Below the pieces are notes generated by a model. It was not told where the DNA came from. It made no database searches and saw only the letters and a program-made list of their open reading frames with translations. A program made the position numbers and the translations under genes. Source: Flectonema sp. DT1601 (taxonomy: Eukaryota). From it: DNA of 64,000 nucleotides. Shown here one piece after another: positions 46,483 to 57,248 of this stretch. The stretch spans positions 1,054,001-1,118,000 of the forward strand of contig OZ025805.1 of NCBI GenBank assembly GCA_964019425.1, read 5' to 3'. Numbering within the stretch: position 1 is the stretch's first letter; every line of letters begins with the position of its first letter.

Positions 46483-47100
46483 ATGTTTCGAAGGTCAGTT
46501 TCATGTCTTGGTAGGAAGACTGAGTTCTTGCAAAAATTAAAATTGATTTCTGAGGGAATGGAGCAGAAGAAAATCGAAAAGAAGTTTTGGAGTCAAGTCT
46601 ACACTGAGGAGTGCGTTATGAAAGCATCAGGTCAGGAAGTCACTGGATTAGAGGGCATCGTTCATGGAATGCCAAGTTTCCATAAAGCGTTTGATGTCGA
46701 GACAAACATCGTTGATGTACTTGGAGATGAAGAAGCAGATCGTTTTGCCGTTCACTTTAAACACTCAGTTCGATTCGTTGGAGAATATGGACAAGTTCAG
46801 GTATTCTATTATTACAAATTAAATTTATTGTTTTTTGTTTTTTTTTATTATAATTCAACAAACAAAACAAAACAAATACAGCCAACTGGATCCACTGGAA
46901 CCTTTGAAGGAGTCACTATTCACAAAGTTAACGAAGAAGGAAAGACTACTGAGATCGTACAGTCAATCGACTTGTTGTCGTATTTTATTCAGGTAGGAGC
47001 TATCTCACCAATGATACTAGCGCCTACTGAGAAACCTCAGGCTCCAGATAGTATGGATGGTGCTGGAACAGTTAAGATTGGAGGAGTGAAAGAAATCTAA
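46483..47100 (+). CDS. SnoaL/NTF2-like (ester cyclase-like) protein, ~178 aa, likely mitochondrial; exons 46483-46800, 46882-47100
   Basis: N-terminus MFRRSVSCLG. 'VTGLEGI..FHKAFD..DVLGDE..RFAVHF..GEYGQVQ|PTG..FEGVTIHKV.EGK' after removing in-frame intron 46801-46881. Confidence 0.75.
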   Translation: MFRRSVSCLGRKTEFLQKLKLISEGMEQKKIEKKFWSQVYTEECVMKASGQEVTGLEGIVHGMPSFHKAFDVETNIVDVLGDEEADRFAVHFKHSVRFVGEYGQVQVFYYYKLNLLFFVFFYYNSTNKTKQIQPTGSTGTFEGVTIHKVNEEGKTTEIVQSIDLLSYFIQVGAISPMILAPTEKPQAPDSMDGAGTVKIGGVKEI

Positions 47101-47395
47101 GAAAGAAGATAACCGCGTCTGAGTTGTTCCTTAACAATTCCTAATGGAATTGAAGTGAAGGTGGTTGTGAAGTAACGTCAACCAACTGCTACAGATTACC
47201 AAACTGGGTAAGTAGATAAGTGTTTTCAGTCATCAGACTTCTAGCTGGAAAGTTTATTGTAATCATCTTTTCATTTCTAATTATCTATTACTTCCTTAAA
47301 ATGAGAACAACACTTTGAGTGAATGAAGTTTATAAGAAAGTTTCCCATCTGTTATTTGTCACTCTCAGATATGAGGTAAAGATTACACACAATAA

Positions 47396-48823
47396 ATGAT
47401 GGCGCAGGCCTTCGGCCAAAAGTCGCTCGCAATTCCTCACCCACCAAATATAACTGGATTCTCATCGCTAGCTAGGGGATCAATCACATTGAAGACGGCC
47501 AGTTCGAAACTTGGTAGCAGAACCGGATCAGTAATAGAAATGAGAGACGAGATTACAATAAAAAAGAGACGACTGACGTCAGAAGTTGAACGTCAACTTG
47601 TATTGCTAAAAGATGGCCTGGGTATCGCACGAGGTATGACTTTAAATACTGAAGAGAATCCTCACTCTGATGCGAAAGTAGAAGAAATAGCCAAAGCATT
47701 AGATGCCGTGAATATAATAATTCCAACACTTGAGAAATCTATTAAAGAATGTCTCGAGTTCTGTGGAACTGCTACGAAGAGACCGGCGCAGAATCAAAAT
47801 CCGATCAACCAAACCGCGCCTACGTCAACAGGGAAGGCGAAGGATGACGGACCTCAGGGGAAACTCGTCGCATCTGTGTACATGTTGTTAGAATCTTTGA
47901 CTTACAGTGCAAGAGCTGAACGAGGATCAGTTCTACTCAATAACGGTAAGAAATCTGACGAGTTGCAAGCAATCGCTGTAGTCGGTAATGCTGGAGTTCG
48001 CAGCAACAGTACCCGAGTACCTGTTTCAGTTGGTACAGCTGGAGGAGTCTACGCGAGTGGTATTGCTGTCAATCAGGCTGTCTCAACTGCTGAGAAAACT
48101 GAAGAGAGAATTCAGCAACTGCGAAACACATCGAAATTTAAAACACACTGCATGCTGTGCTTCCCCATCCCAAGTTTAAACGGACCAGAGACAGTTGGTG
48201 TAGTCCAACTACTAAATAAGAACAGAGGTTTAGATTCTTTTACTAACGATGATGAGCATCTCTGTTATGCCGCAACTCGTCTGTTGAGTTACCTTCTAAA
48301 GAGATATCCAGTCGATTGGCAAAACCAACAATTTAATCCTTCGAATATCCATTCTGTGATACCCTGGGAAGTTCCTGTTTCACAATCAGCTAAACAAGTC
48401 CCGTCTACAGTATCAAAACATGAAGCGAGAAGACTAATATTCAGAACAAATGTTTCCGGACAATACGTACGTCAAAAACTACTAATGGGAGACAGTGACT
48501 GCACACAACCATTAGGACCCTGTGTTACACTTAAGGAAGTCGATTCGTATATTCAGAACTTAGAAGAGTGTTGGCGACGAAGTGTTACTTTAAACATCGA
48601 CTATGAACGAGAACAAGACGGCAAACTATTTCAAATGAGAACTATGCGAGAAGCTACCAAACGTGATAAGGAACTCATCACATCTCTTCAAAACACAATA
48701 AATATGGACACAGCTGAGATGGATGGTCACCAAGACAGACTAAAAGATATCCAATCAGAACTAAAGCAACTCTCACAAATGAGGAAACAAATGAAAGGCC
48801 CGGAGTTCCCGTACGCTATCTAA
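47396..48823 (+). CDS. GAF-domain protein with coiled-coil termini (475 aa)
   Basis: GAF motifs 'AERGSVLL', 'GTAGGVYASG', 'FKTHCMLCFPI', 'VGVVQLLNK..FTNDDE'. No catalytic domain visible. Confidence 0.82.
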   Translation: MMAQAFGQKSLAIPHPPNITGFSSLARGSITLKTASSKLGSRTGSVIEMRDEITIKKRRLTSEVERQLVLLKDGLGIARGMTLNTEENPHSDAKVEEIAKALDAVNIIIPTLEKSIKECLEFCGTATKRPAQNQNPINQTAPTSTGKAKDDGPQGKLVASVYMLLESLTYSARAERGSVLLNNGKKSDELQAIAVVGNAGVRSNSTRVPVSVGTAGGVYASGIAVNQAVSTAEKTEERIQQLRNTSKFKTHCMLCFPIPSLNGPETVGVVQLLNKNRGLDSFTNDDEHLCYAATRLLSYLLKRYPVDWQNQQFNPSNIHSVIPWEVPVSQSAKQVPSTVSKHEARRLIFRTNVSGQYVRQKLLMGDSDCTQPLGPCVTLKEVDSYIQNLEECWRRSVTLNIDYEREQDGKLFQMRTMREATKRDKELITSLQNTINMDTAEMDGHQDRLKDIQSELKQLSQMRKQMKGPEFPYAI

Positions 48824-49044
48824 AGCTCTACTTGTTTTGTTTTAACTTTCTTATCCTTTTCAGGATGGATTTCTGTTATTACATTGTTTTGGTACTAAAT
48901 CAGTTGTAGTTATTGTTGGAAAGTTTCTATTGTTCTACTTCCTTTCCTCCAGGTAAGAAATATAATTAGGTTCCAGGAAACGTGAGTTGGAACGTATTAG
49001 TAGTAACTTCTAAAGAGCGACTCTTTTTCAACAGAACATAGGAA

Positions 49045-50577
49045 ATGGTTCGCCTAGCGGGATACGTCCTATTCGCTACGATATTTGGAAGTAGTGAAGC
49101 GATAACAACAACAGTAGTATCATGGGGTAGTTCTGTGTGGGGAGGAGATGCATCAACTGTATCTCATTTATTAAAAAACGTGTCGACTATTTACAGCTCC
49201 TCGAACTGCTTCGCTGCAGTCACAGAAAGCGGGAAAACGATAACGTGGGGAGCTGCAACATACGATCAAAGTACAGTAGCATCTTCACTTAAACATGAGA
49301 AGATTAAAACAATTCGACATTCGTTTGGGGCATTTGCTGCACTAACAGAAGATGGAAATGTTGTTTCGTGGGGATCTGGTGCTGATGGAGGGAACGCGAC
49401 GAGTGTCAAATCCCAAATAGCAAAAGTTAAAAGTGTTTTTGGAAACAGCCATTCATTCGCAGCGATACTACAAAAACACAAAAACATAACAGTTTGGGGA
49501 GGGGAATCATATGGCAATGTCAGTACTGTTGCTAACGTTCTTTCATCAAACTCTTTCAAAACGATTGCTTCCACGTCAACCGCCTTTGCTGCTCTCTCAA
49601 CAACGGGAAGTGTTGTCACTTGGGGAGAGTCAGAATGGGGAGGTGATTCCTCATCAGTTATATCAAAGTTAATGAACGTAATAAATATCTACAGCACTTC
49701 AATATCATTTACTGTCCTAAAGAATGATGGTTCTCTAATCGGATGGGGTGGTACAATTATTCAGCCTAACTTCAAGGCGACCGTTTCTATCATAAAGTCA
49801 GTTTCAAGTACTTACTACGCATACGCCCTACTACTATCTAATGGAACAGTAAGGACGTGGGGTGATGCTGTGAATCCTCAATTCGGAGCTGATAGCTCAA
49901 CTGTTTCTAAGGAACTTCGTAATATTAAATTAGTTATTGGAAATGACAGAGCTTTCACTGCGTTGACTTCTAAAGGTGAAATTATATGTTGGGGAGACGC
50001 TGCCTCTGGAGGTTTGAAACCCAAAAATATATCAAACGTAGTAAAACTATCGAGTACATCCTCTGCCTTTGCCGCAGTTAAGAAAGATGGAACTGTGATT
50101 TCATGGGGTAATCCTGGTCAAGGTGGGGATTCATCAACAGTATTAAAAAACCTTCAGAGGGTTGAGTATGTTGTTGGGAATGAAAACGCTTTTGTAGCAG
50201 TGACTGAGACGAGGTCAATCATTGCTTGGGGTGATCAGTTTCATGGAGGTGATTCTAGTTCTGTACAGAGATTGTTAAAAGGAGTTGAGAAGGTGTTTTC
50301 AACGGAAACATCGTTTGCTGTTATTCAAAATGGGATCACACCGACACTACCTCCGACTATCGCTCCTCCTCATCCGACTTCTCACCCAACCCCAACCCCA
50401 TCATCCTCAATACACTCTGGTAGTTGGTGGAGTTTGATTAAAATTATAATTATTGGTTCTGGTGCTGCAGTTTTATTAATATTGTTTTTAATTATTTACT
50501 GTTGTTGTTGTAAAAAGAGTAAGTCAAGTAAAGTGACTGATCATCTCATTCAAGATAGTGACCAGGAAGAACATTAA
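49045..50577 (+). CDS. Type I membrane protein with extracellular RCC1-like beta-propeller repeats (510 aa)
   Basis: Signal peptide; about 10 repeats of 'AFAA(L/V)..G.V.(S/T)WG...GGD.S.V...L'; P/T/S stalk; one TM helix followed by CCCC and a basic stretch. Confidence 0.82.
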   Translation: MVRLAGYVLFATIFGSSEAITTTVVSWGSSVWGGDASTVSHLLKNVSTIYSSSNCFAAVTESGKTITWGAATYDQSTVASSLKHEKIKTIRHSFGAFAALTEDGNVVSWGSGADGGNATSVKSQIAKVKSVFGNSHSFAAILQKHKNITVWGGESYGNVSTVANVLSSNSFKTIASTSTAFAALSTTGSVVTWGESEWGGDSSSVISKLMNVINIYSTSISFTVLKNDGSLIGWGGTIIQPNFKATVSIIKSVSSTYYAYALLLSNGTVRTWGDAVNPQFGADSSTVSKELRNIKLVIGNDRAFTALTSKGEIICWGDAASGGLKPKNISNVVKLSSTSSAFAAVKKDGTVISWGNPGQGGDSSTVLKNLQRVEYVVGNENAFVAVTETRSIIAWGDQFHGGDSSSVQRLLKGVEKVFSTETSFAVIQNGITPTLPPTIAPPHPTSHPTPTPSSSIHSGSWWSLIKIIIIGSGAAVLLILFLIIYCCCCKKSKSSKVTDHLIQDSDQEEH

Positions 50578-51044
50578 TAATCTCTTTATGATTATCGATG
50601 AACGTAATAAGGTATTTATTTAACATTCAGAGGATTCTTTTTGATATTTGTCAGCCCTCTTCCCTTTCAAGTGGGGTATTCGAGTGACGTTTTTTTTTTT
50701 TTTTTTTTTTTGCAATATTTTTATATTGTTTTTGTGGAAAAAAAAAAAAAAAAAAAAAAAAAAATCTCTTGTGTCAACTATGTCACTGTAAGAACTCGTC
50801 TTTCATTATGGTTTTCGGCATTCTTTCTTTTTGCACGTGTCAAGGCAAAAATGATGTTGATACCACGCTAACTTTTCTTGTTTCTAAAACTCTCCCAGTT
50901 CGTGTGTTGCATTCGACAGCTAACAATAAGCAAGTTCCTCGTTAAAGAGCAAAACACGTCAGCTTTTTACACACATCGGGAAGCTACTCTTTCGCAAAAT
51001 AGATAACATCTTTTTAATTTTGCGAATTTCTATTCTCCATAAGG

Positions 51045-51087
<43 letters not shown>

Positions 51088-51382
51088 CATTCTTTCGTCT
51101 TGTTTATTCTTTTTTTTTTTTTTGTTCTTCTCTTTATTTCCCGTATAGTCTCAAGCCAATGTCTATAAAAAGTTTCATTCGCTTTACCCCGGCGTAACTC
51201 TTTATTTAGATTCGAGATGTCAGAGAAAGTCTCTCGCTCAGATCTGACGAGAGCTTTTACTTATTTTCGTTAATAAGGTTGTTTGTTAAGATTGCTTTCG
51301 CTTTTTTTTTAAAAAAGTAATTCTTAAGCTGTCTGTATCTTCGATTCAATACTCCTTTTATTTCAAGGTGATATCTCTACAC

Positions 51383-51414
<32 letters not shown>

Positions 51415-51783
51415 GTCTTATAGACTCTTTACTCTACGTTAGTTTCAACTTGTGTTCAAAATCTCAATGTCGTTGTTGCTATTTGTTGTCACACTTTGTA
51501 CTTTAATTATTTTATACAATACAAAACTCACCAATTGCGTTCTCATCAGTTAACTGCATTTTTGGTTTCGTGTGTTTTTTGATGTTGTCTTTGTTGTGTG
51601 TTTGCGTTGATTTCTGTGATTATTTGTGGTGTTTTCATAACCAACATAAAGTTACATGTTACCTGATATCTACGTGTATTGTTTCTCTTTAGGTTTAGTT
51701 ATTCAGTCTGACGACCTTACTTAATTATTTTCGTTAAATGCAGGATGTTTATGGAGTAGAATGGTTAAAAAAAAACACATAAG

Positions 51784-51814
<31 letters not shown>

Positions 51815-51863
51815 GATAATTTTTCTCAACAATGAAAAAAATAATTTTTTTCTCCAGAAAAAA

Positions 51864-52658
51864 ATGACACTTTGTTTTAGTAAACATGTTGAAGAACAAT
51901 TTCATTTTATGGAATCGATGGGTTGTTGTATGAAGTTGTGGTCTAAGAAATTCTTTCTTCAACCAGACATCGCTCAAGCTGCTTGGCTAGATGTTTGTAG
52001 GAGAGCCTTAGACACTTCTGATGACGAATTAGTCGAAGCGGAGTCATTATTTAAATACAATGAAAATAATTTACGTCTTCTTACAATCAAACAAGAGATC
52101 CTCACAAGTGAGGAATTCCTACGTACTCTCTGCAACATCGAAGAAGCAGCTTACAGAAGAGAACTTGAACAGATAAATCTGTACAGTCATTCCATTGCTG
52201 TGCGATGTGTTGTCTTACAGAGTCAAGATGAGGAACGGATTAGAATTAAAAAACTTAATTATATTAGTGCTGGCATCTGTGACTTTCCTGAGATTGATTT
52301 TGTATCTCGTCTCAGAGTATCCCGTGAGGAGAGTTGTAAATTTAAAGCAATTTTGGAACTTCATACTACGATAAGGCCACCGTTGTTTTCTCGCGTTCAA
52401 AAACTTCTTCGAACGAGCTGTGCTTCAGAGTGGCCTAAAATTGAATCACCGCCACCAACACCACCAAAAATGTCATCTCCAACAACAAATAGAATTGTCG
52501 ATGACGCCACCACACGTGAGGAGAAGATCTGCTCGTCTGAAATCCGACTTCGAATGTCACTTTCACATGAGCAACGAAGAGCCAGACTTCAGCTACGACG
52601 CGAACATGTTTCTAATTTAGAAGTCATTAGCAGAAAGCTTCTCAGTAATGACACTTAA
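51864..52658 (+). CDS. Hypothetical helical protein (~264 aa)
   Basis: Long ORF with coding-like composition, starting after ...TTCTCCAG (51857). No recognised domain; start uncertain. Confidence 0.55.
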   Translation: MTLCFSKHVEEQFHFMESMGCCMKLWSKKFFLQPDIAQAAWLDVCRRALDTSDDELVEAESLFKYNENNLRLLTIKQEILTSEEFLRTLCNIEEAAYRRELEQINLYSHSIAVRCVVLQSQDEERIRIKKLNYISAGICDFPEIDFVSRLRVSREESCKFKAILELHTTIRPPLFSRVQKLLRTSCASEWPKIESPPPTPPKMSSPTTNRIVDDATTREEKICSSEIRLRMSLSHEQRRARLQLRREHVSNLEVISRKLLSNDT

Positions 52659-52991
52659 GTACTCCCTCGTTGTACGACAACAACTGCAGTGAATCGATTG
52701 AGGGATTCCACTGATTAGTATTGTGTTGTGTGAAAGTAGGTTTTTATTATTTACTTAAAGCACCGATTACCTTCTGACAATTATTATTGCGTGAGATTTA
52801 CATCTTGTGTCAAATCATTGGGGTTGTTCGTTTGAACTTTTTAATATTATTCTCATTTTTTTAAAAAAGGCAAATACCGATAACCTATACGGGACTGATA
52901 ACATAATTTTTCTATTTTTAAATTTCGTATAAAAAAAAAATAAATTTTATCTTCACAATTCAGAATTGCAACTTTTAATTGATAAGACGAT

Positions 52992-55338
52992 ATGGAGGCC
53001 GCCAACCTGGAGAGAAAGCTCCAACAGCAAAGTAGTAATAATGGAAAAGTAACTGTGCAAAAGGCACCGAGAGTAGGAAAAGGTGACAACTTATCAGTTG
53101 AGAGTGAGACAAGCAGAGCAATGCTTACTGGATTAGTTAATGTGTGGTGGATGACTAAAGTATTCACTGATGTTGATTTCAATCTAAAAGGAGACAATAA
53201 CTCAATTACAGTTTACGGAGCACCTGGTGGAGGCAGCAAAGCAGCTCTCCGACAACTTCGATGGATTTCAAGCCAATGGTGGGGACCGATCCCTTCAACT
53301 TTAGTCCTCACTGACATCGAGGATGAAATTTTAAGGGATGCCACTAAGAAAGCTGAAAAATTAGCAAAACTAGCGGAGCGTCATGAAGTGAAAGTGGGAA
53401 TTCCAAAAACTGCTCACAAAGGAGAAACATTAAAAATCAGAGGTACCTTTGATGGAATCTTCAGATGTGCTAATGAGATCTGTAAACTCCTCGGAGTGAA
53501 TGCTGATCGCAATAAGTGGTTTCTTATTAAAGCAGTTAATAATATTCCTGATGATGACGTCGACGCTGTTGTTCTTCAAGATAACTTCAACGTAGCTGTT
53601 TCTTCAGCTCCAAATACCTGCGTGTTCCTCGCTGGAACTGTTAAAGATGTTCAGGAGGGTGAGAATCACATTCGTTCAAGAGGTCCAAAGACTCATGTCT
53701 CCCTCGAAGCGTGGTCCCTCGAACTCGAAGCAAAAGAACAGCGGCTGAGAGAATGGGAGGAAAGGCTCACAGTTTTAGCTGCTGAACTTGAAAAGAAAGA
53801 ACAATCGGAATTACTTCACAACCTTACTAAATTAAAACTCGCATCTGATGTTGATGAGGAAAAGAAGGTTGCCGAGCAGCAGCAGCAACAACAACTACAG
53901 CTACAACAACAACAGCAGCAACAACAACAACATCAACAACAGCAACAGCAGAGTGTACCTGAGTCCAAGCCAGCCATGAACTCTTCGAATGTGACATTCA
54001 GTGCTACTAAACAGTCCAGAGAACCTCCTCCAAAGTGCGATTGGAAGAGCTATCCTGATCCTAAAACAAAAAGAACCTTCTTCTTCAACTCCGTCACCAA
54101 GGTTTCTACTTGGAACAAGCCAACTGAACTACAGGCTTATGAAGATTGGGAAGAAAAACAAAAAACAAAGCAGCAACAACCGCAAGAAGACGATGACGAA
54201 ATTACCGTTGTCAAACAAGCAACTCCTACAAAGCAGTGCGACCCTAGCATTTTGCAATTCTTAGAGGGGGCTGGTTTGAAGCAACATCAGCATCTATTCT
54301 GGTTTGTGTTTATCTTCTTACATATCTAGAGAGTTGGTTTTTGGAAACAGGTTTTAAAAAAAACAAAACAACAGCAACCTTCAATCGATGGAACAACTCC
54401 TTGGTCTACAATTCGACGAGCTACTGTCGCTTATCCCTGATGCGTCTATCAGAGGGATGTTTGTTAATGTTTGTAATTGGTTTTATTTATCTTTTGTTAC
54501 ACCTTTTCCGGAATTAATGCTACAATTAAAATACAAACAGGCCGTCGCAGAATCACAACAACATACACTACATCAGTCTCAGGCTCAGCATCAGCCGCAG
54601 GCTCAGCCTCAGGCGGCTACAGCAGTTCAAATGATGCCGCCTTCACAATTCGTTCCTGGTCAGCCGGTTGCACAGCAATCAGCACTTCCTATTCAACAGC
54701 AATTATTACAACAACAGATTCTTAGACAACAACTTATTCAACAACAGCTCCTCGTTCAGCAACAACAGCAAGCTCAACAGGGGCAACAACAGCAACCACA
54801 GCAGCAGCAACCACAACATCAACAACAGCAACAACAGCAACAGCAGCAGCAGCCAATCATGATTCTTCAACAGCAGAAGCCGAAGCAGCAGCAGCAACAG
54901 CAAAAGCAACCAAGACCGCAACAACAACAACAACAACAACAACAACAGCAACAACAGCAGCAACAGAAGCAGCAATATGGAGGCAATGAAATCCAACGGT
55001 TCCTCAAGCAGTTTAGTGAATCGGACAACGTCTCATCGCAACAGCAATCATCTGCTACTCCTCTTCCTGAATCTCAATTGAGTCAGCTATTTGCTAAAGC
55101 TACTCCGAAGCCAGAAAATGATGTTCAGCAGAAGCTTCAGGCTCTCTTCGTATGTTGTTAACTTGTGATGATGTTGTTTTATTTTTATTTTATTGAATTT
55201 CAAGTACAACACAACCAACAGGAGCAAACGAAAAAACCGAGCGGTCAAAAGGTTGAAAAGACAGCAACTTCAACAACTGTTTCAGACGACTCAGGAATCA
55301 ATATCGGGAATTGGTTTCAGCAAGCAAATGGCTCTTAG
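52992..55338 (+). CDS. KH-like / coiled-coil / WW / SAM-like / polyQ protein, ~709 aa; exons 52992-54301, 54375-54468, 54541-55149, 55222-55338
   Basis: WW domain 'WKSYPDPKTKRTFFFNSVTKVSTWNKP'. SAM-like 'ILQFLEGAGLKQHQHLFC..SMEQLLGL..DELLSLI'. KH-like 'LAERHEVKVGIP..LKIRGT'. Introns 54302-54374, 54469-54540 and 55150-55221 keep the frame. Confidence 0.68.
54690..54975 (+). repeat. CAA/CAG polyglutamine tracts (a second tract at ~53876-53950)
   Basis: Directly visible. Confidence 0.9.
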
Positions 55339-55798
55339 TGTTGACCTTATGACTGTTATCCCTCACAAAATCCGTTAGTCATTCTGATCTGGTGATACAG
55401 ACTGAAGACGTCATCCCCTCAAATTATTGTTTTATTTAGTGCTTTTTTTACATTGTCAAACTATCGCCTCCCCCCCTGATAGTTTCTCGCCTTATTGCTG
55501 CCAACTAAATTTTGTTTGTGGAGAAGGAAAAAAAAAAAAAAAAAAAAAAACAGATCCCAAGGAAACAATACTGCGAGTCAAGTATTAGTTTTCATTCTTT
55601 TTCTCTATCTCGCTTCCCTTCCTCACTCCAATTTATTTATTTTTTTTGTCTCTCTTAATTTTGTTTCTAATAGTGCTACGGTCTAGGAAGGAATAAGGTC
55701 TCTCTCAGTCTCACTGAATGAGGCCTTACCAACATTGAGTTAGATGGGGGCACTGCGTATTACGTATTCTCTGGATACCTGGGAAACTGCGGGGAAAG

Positions 55799-55832
<34 letters not shown>

Positions 55833-57248
55833 CTTACATCTTTATTCTTTTTAAGGTTTTTATTATTAATTATTATTATTATTATTTTTTTTTTTTTTTT
55901 CCCCTCCTTTGCTGAGTCTTCACACTTTGCTGTTTACGATCAACGCACTATAAGTACTCAGCTGTGAAGCTCTCATTAAAAGTTGTGCTTTGTCAGTTCT
56001 TTAAGAAAGAGAATGATCAAAGGGTCTTTTATCGTTTTATTCTCTTTGTTATCTTTCTTCAAGTCTATCAGTGACAACCACCCTATCATCTATTTGGACA
56101 ATGGGTAAGTTGATAGCTATCACGATTTTGTCTTTTTAGATTCCCTTGGTGTTTTGATACTGCTTAGACTGACTCGGAATTGTTGCTATTTTTTTTTTTT
56201 TTTTTAAATTTTTTTGAAGATCATTATTTTATTAAAAACGTAGGGGACTCTTTTTTTTTTTTTTTTTTTTTTTTTTTGAAGTTTTTTATTCTCTGATACT
56301 AGCTGTTTGGCGAATGCCTAATTCAAATTCAAGCTGATCTAGTAAAGTAGGTACTCATACTTAAAAAAACTGCAACAAAAAGTGGGAAGGCAGAAAATTA
56401 GAGAGAAAAAAAAAAAGAGAGAAACTTCAATAATAGTAAGAGACTGAAAATCAGTCACAATGGAAAAATGAAAGAACAGAAAAAAAATAAAAATAAAAAA
56501 GTGAAAAATGAAAGAATTAAAAACAGTGATCGCAGTCTAAGAAAGAATTTCTGAAACACTGTTTTCTATAAAAAAAAGTTTTTTTTAAAAAAAAATAAAT
56601 AAAAAAGCAAGAGAGCTACAGCAAGAATCAGTGACAACGTAGTGTGGCTCTCATTAGGCCTTCTCGCTTGGACTTTGCTTTCCACTCTCAGTCAGCTTGT
56701 TAATTAATAATTGTGGGCTTCAGTAATTTTCCTGGGCCTGTTGAAAGATGGCATCCGTAGCCGTCGTTTTCCTCCCCGCCCTTCCTTCCTCCCACATATT
56801 TTTTAGTTTTTTTTTGTCAAGTGACTTTTTACTTAGTATTTTGGGGAGAGCGCTGACAGGTAGTTTTTTCTTCATTTCGGCCATCTTTCACGCGTTCAAT
56901 TCTTTTAATAATTTTTAAAAAAAAAAAAATAGAAATGAGAAAAAAATTTTAAGAAAAGATATCAAAATAAAAGCAACCCTTGCCCGGGACTGCTCACACA
57001 TAAATCGAAGAAATCCTTTTTTTTTTCTTCTTCTTTTTCCATTATATTCAACTAATAGATGTCGGGAAGGAAAATGAAACAAAAAAAATAAAGAAAAAAA
57101 AAAAACAAAAAAGAAAAACAGAATAATAAAATTCCCTCATTAATTGCTGGTAGCGATATTACTGTTACCCTGTTGAGCTTTTCCTGGCTTTTTTTTTGGC
57201 TTCCTAAGCTTCGTAAAATAAAATGAACAAATTTAACGATAATTATAT

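Noticed and set aside
54706..54996. Minus-strand poly-Leu ORF
   Set aside because: Antisense of the polyQ tract.
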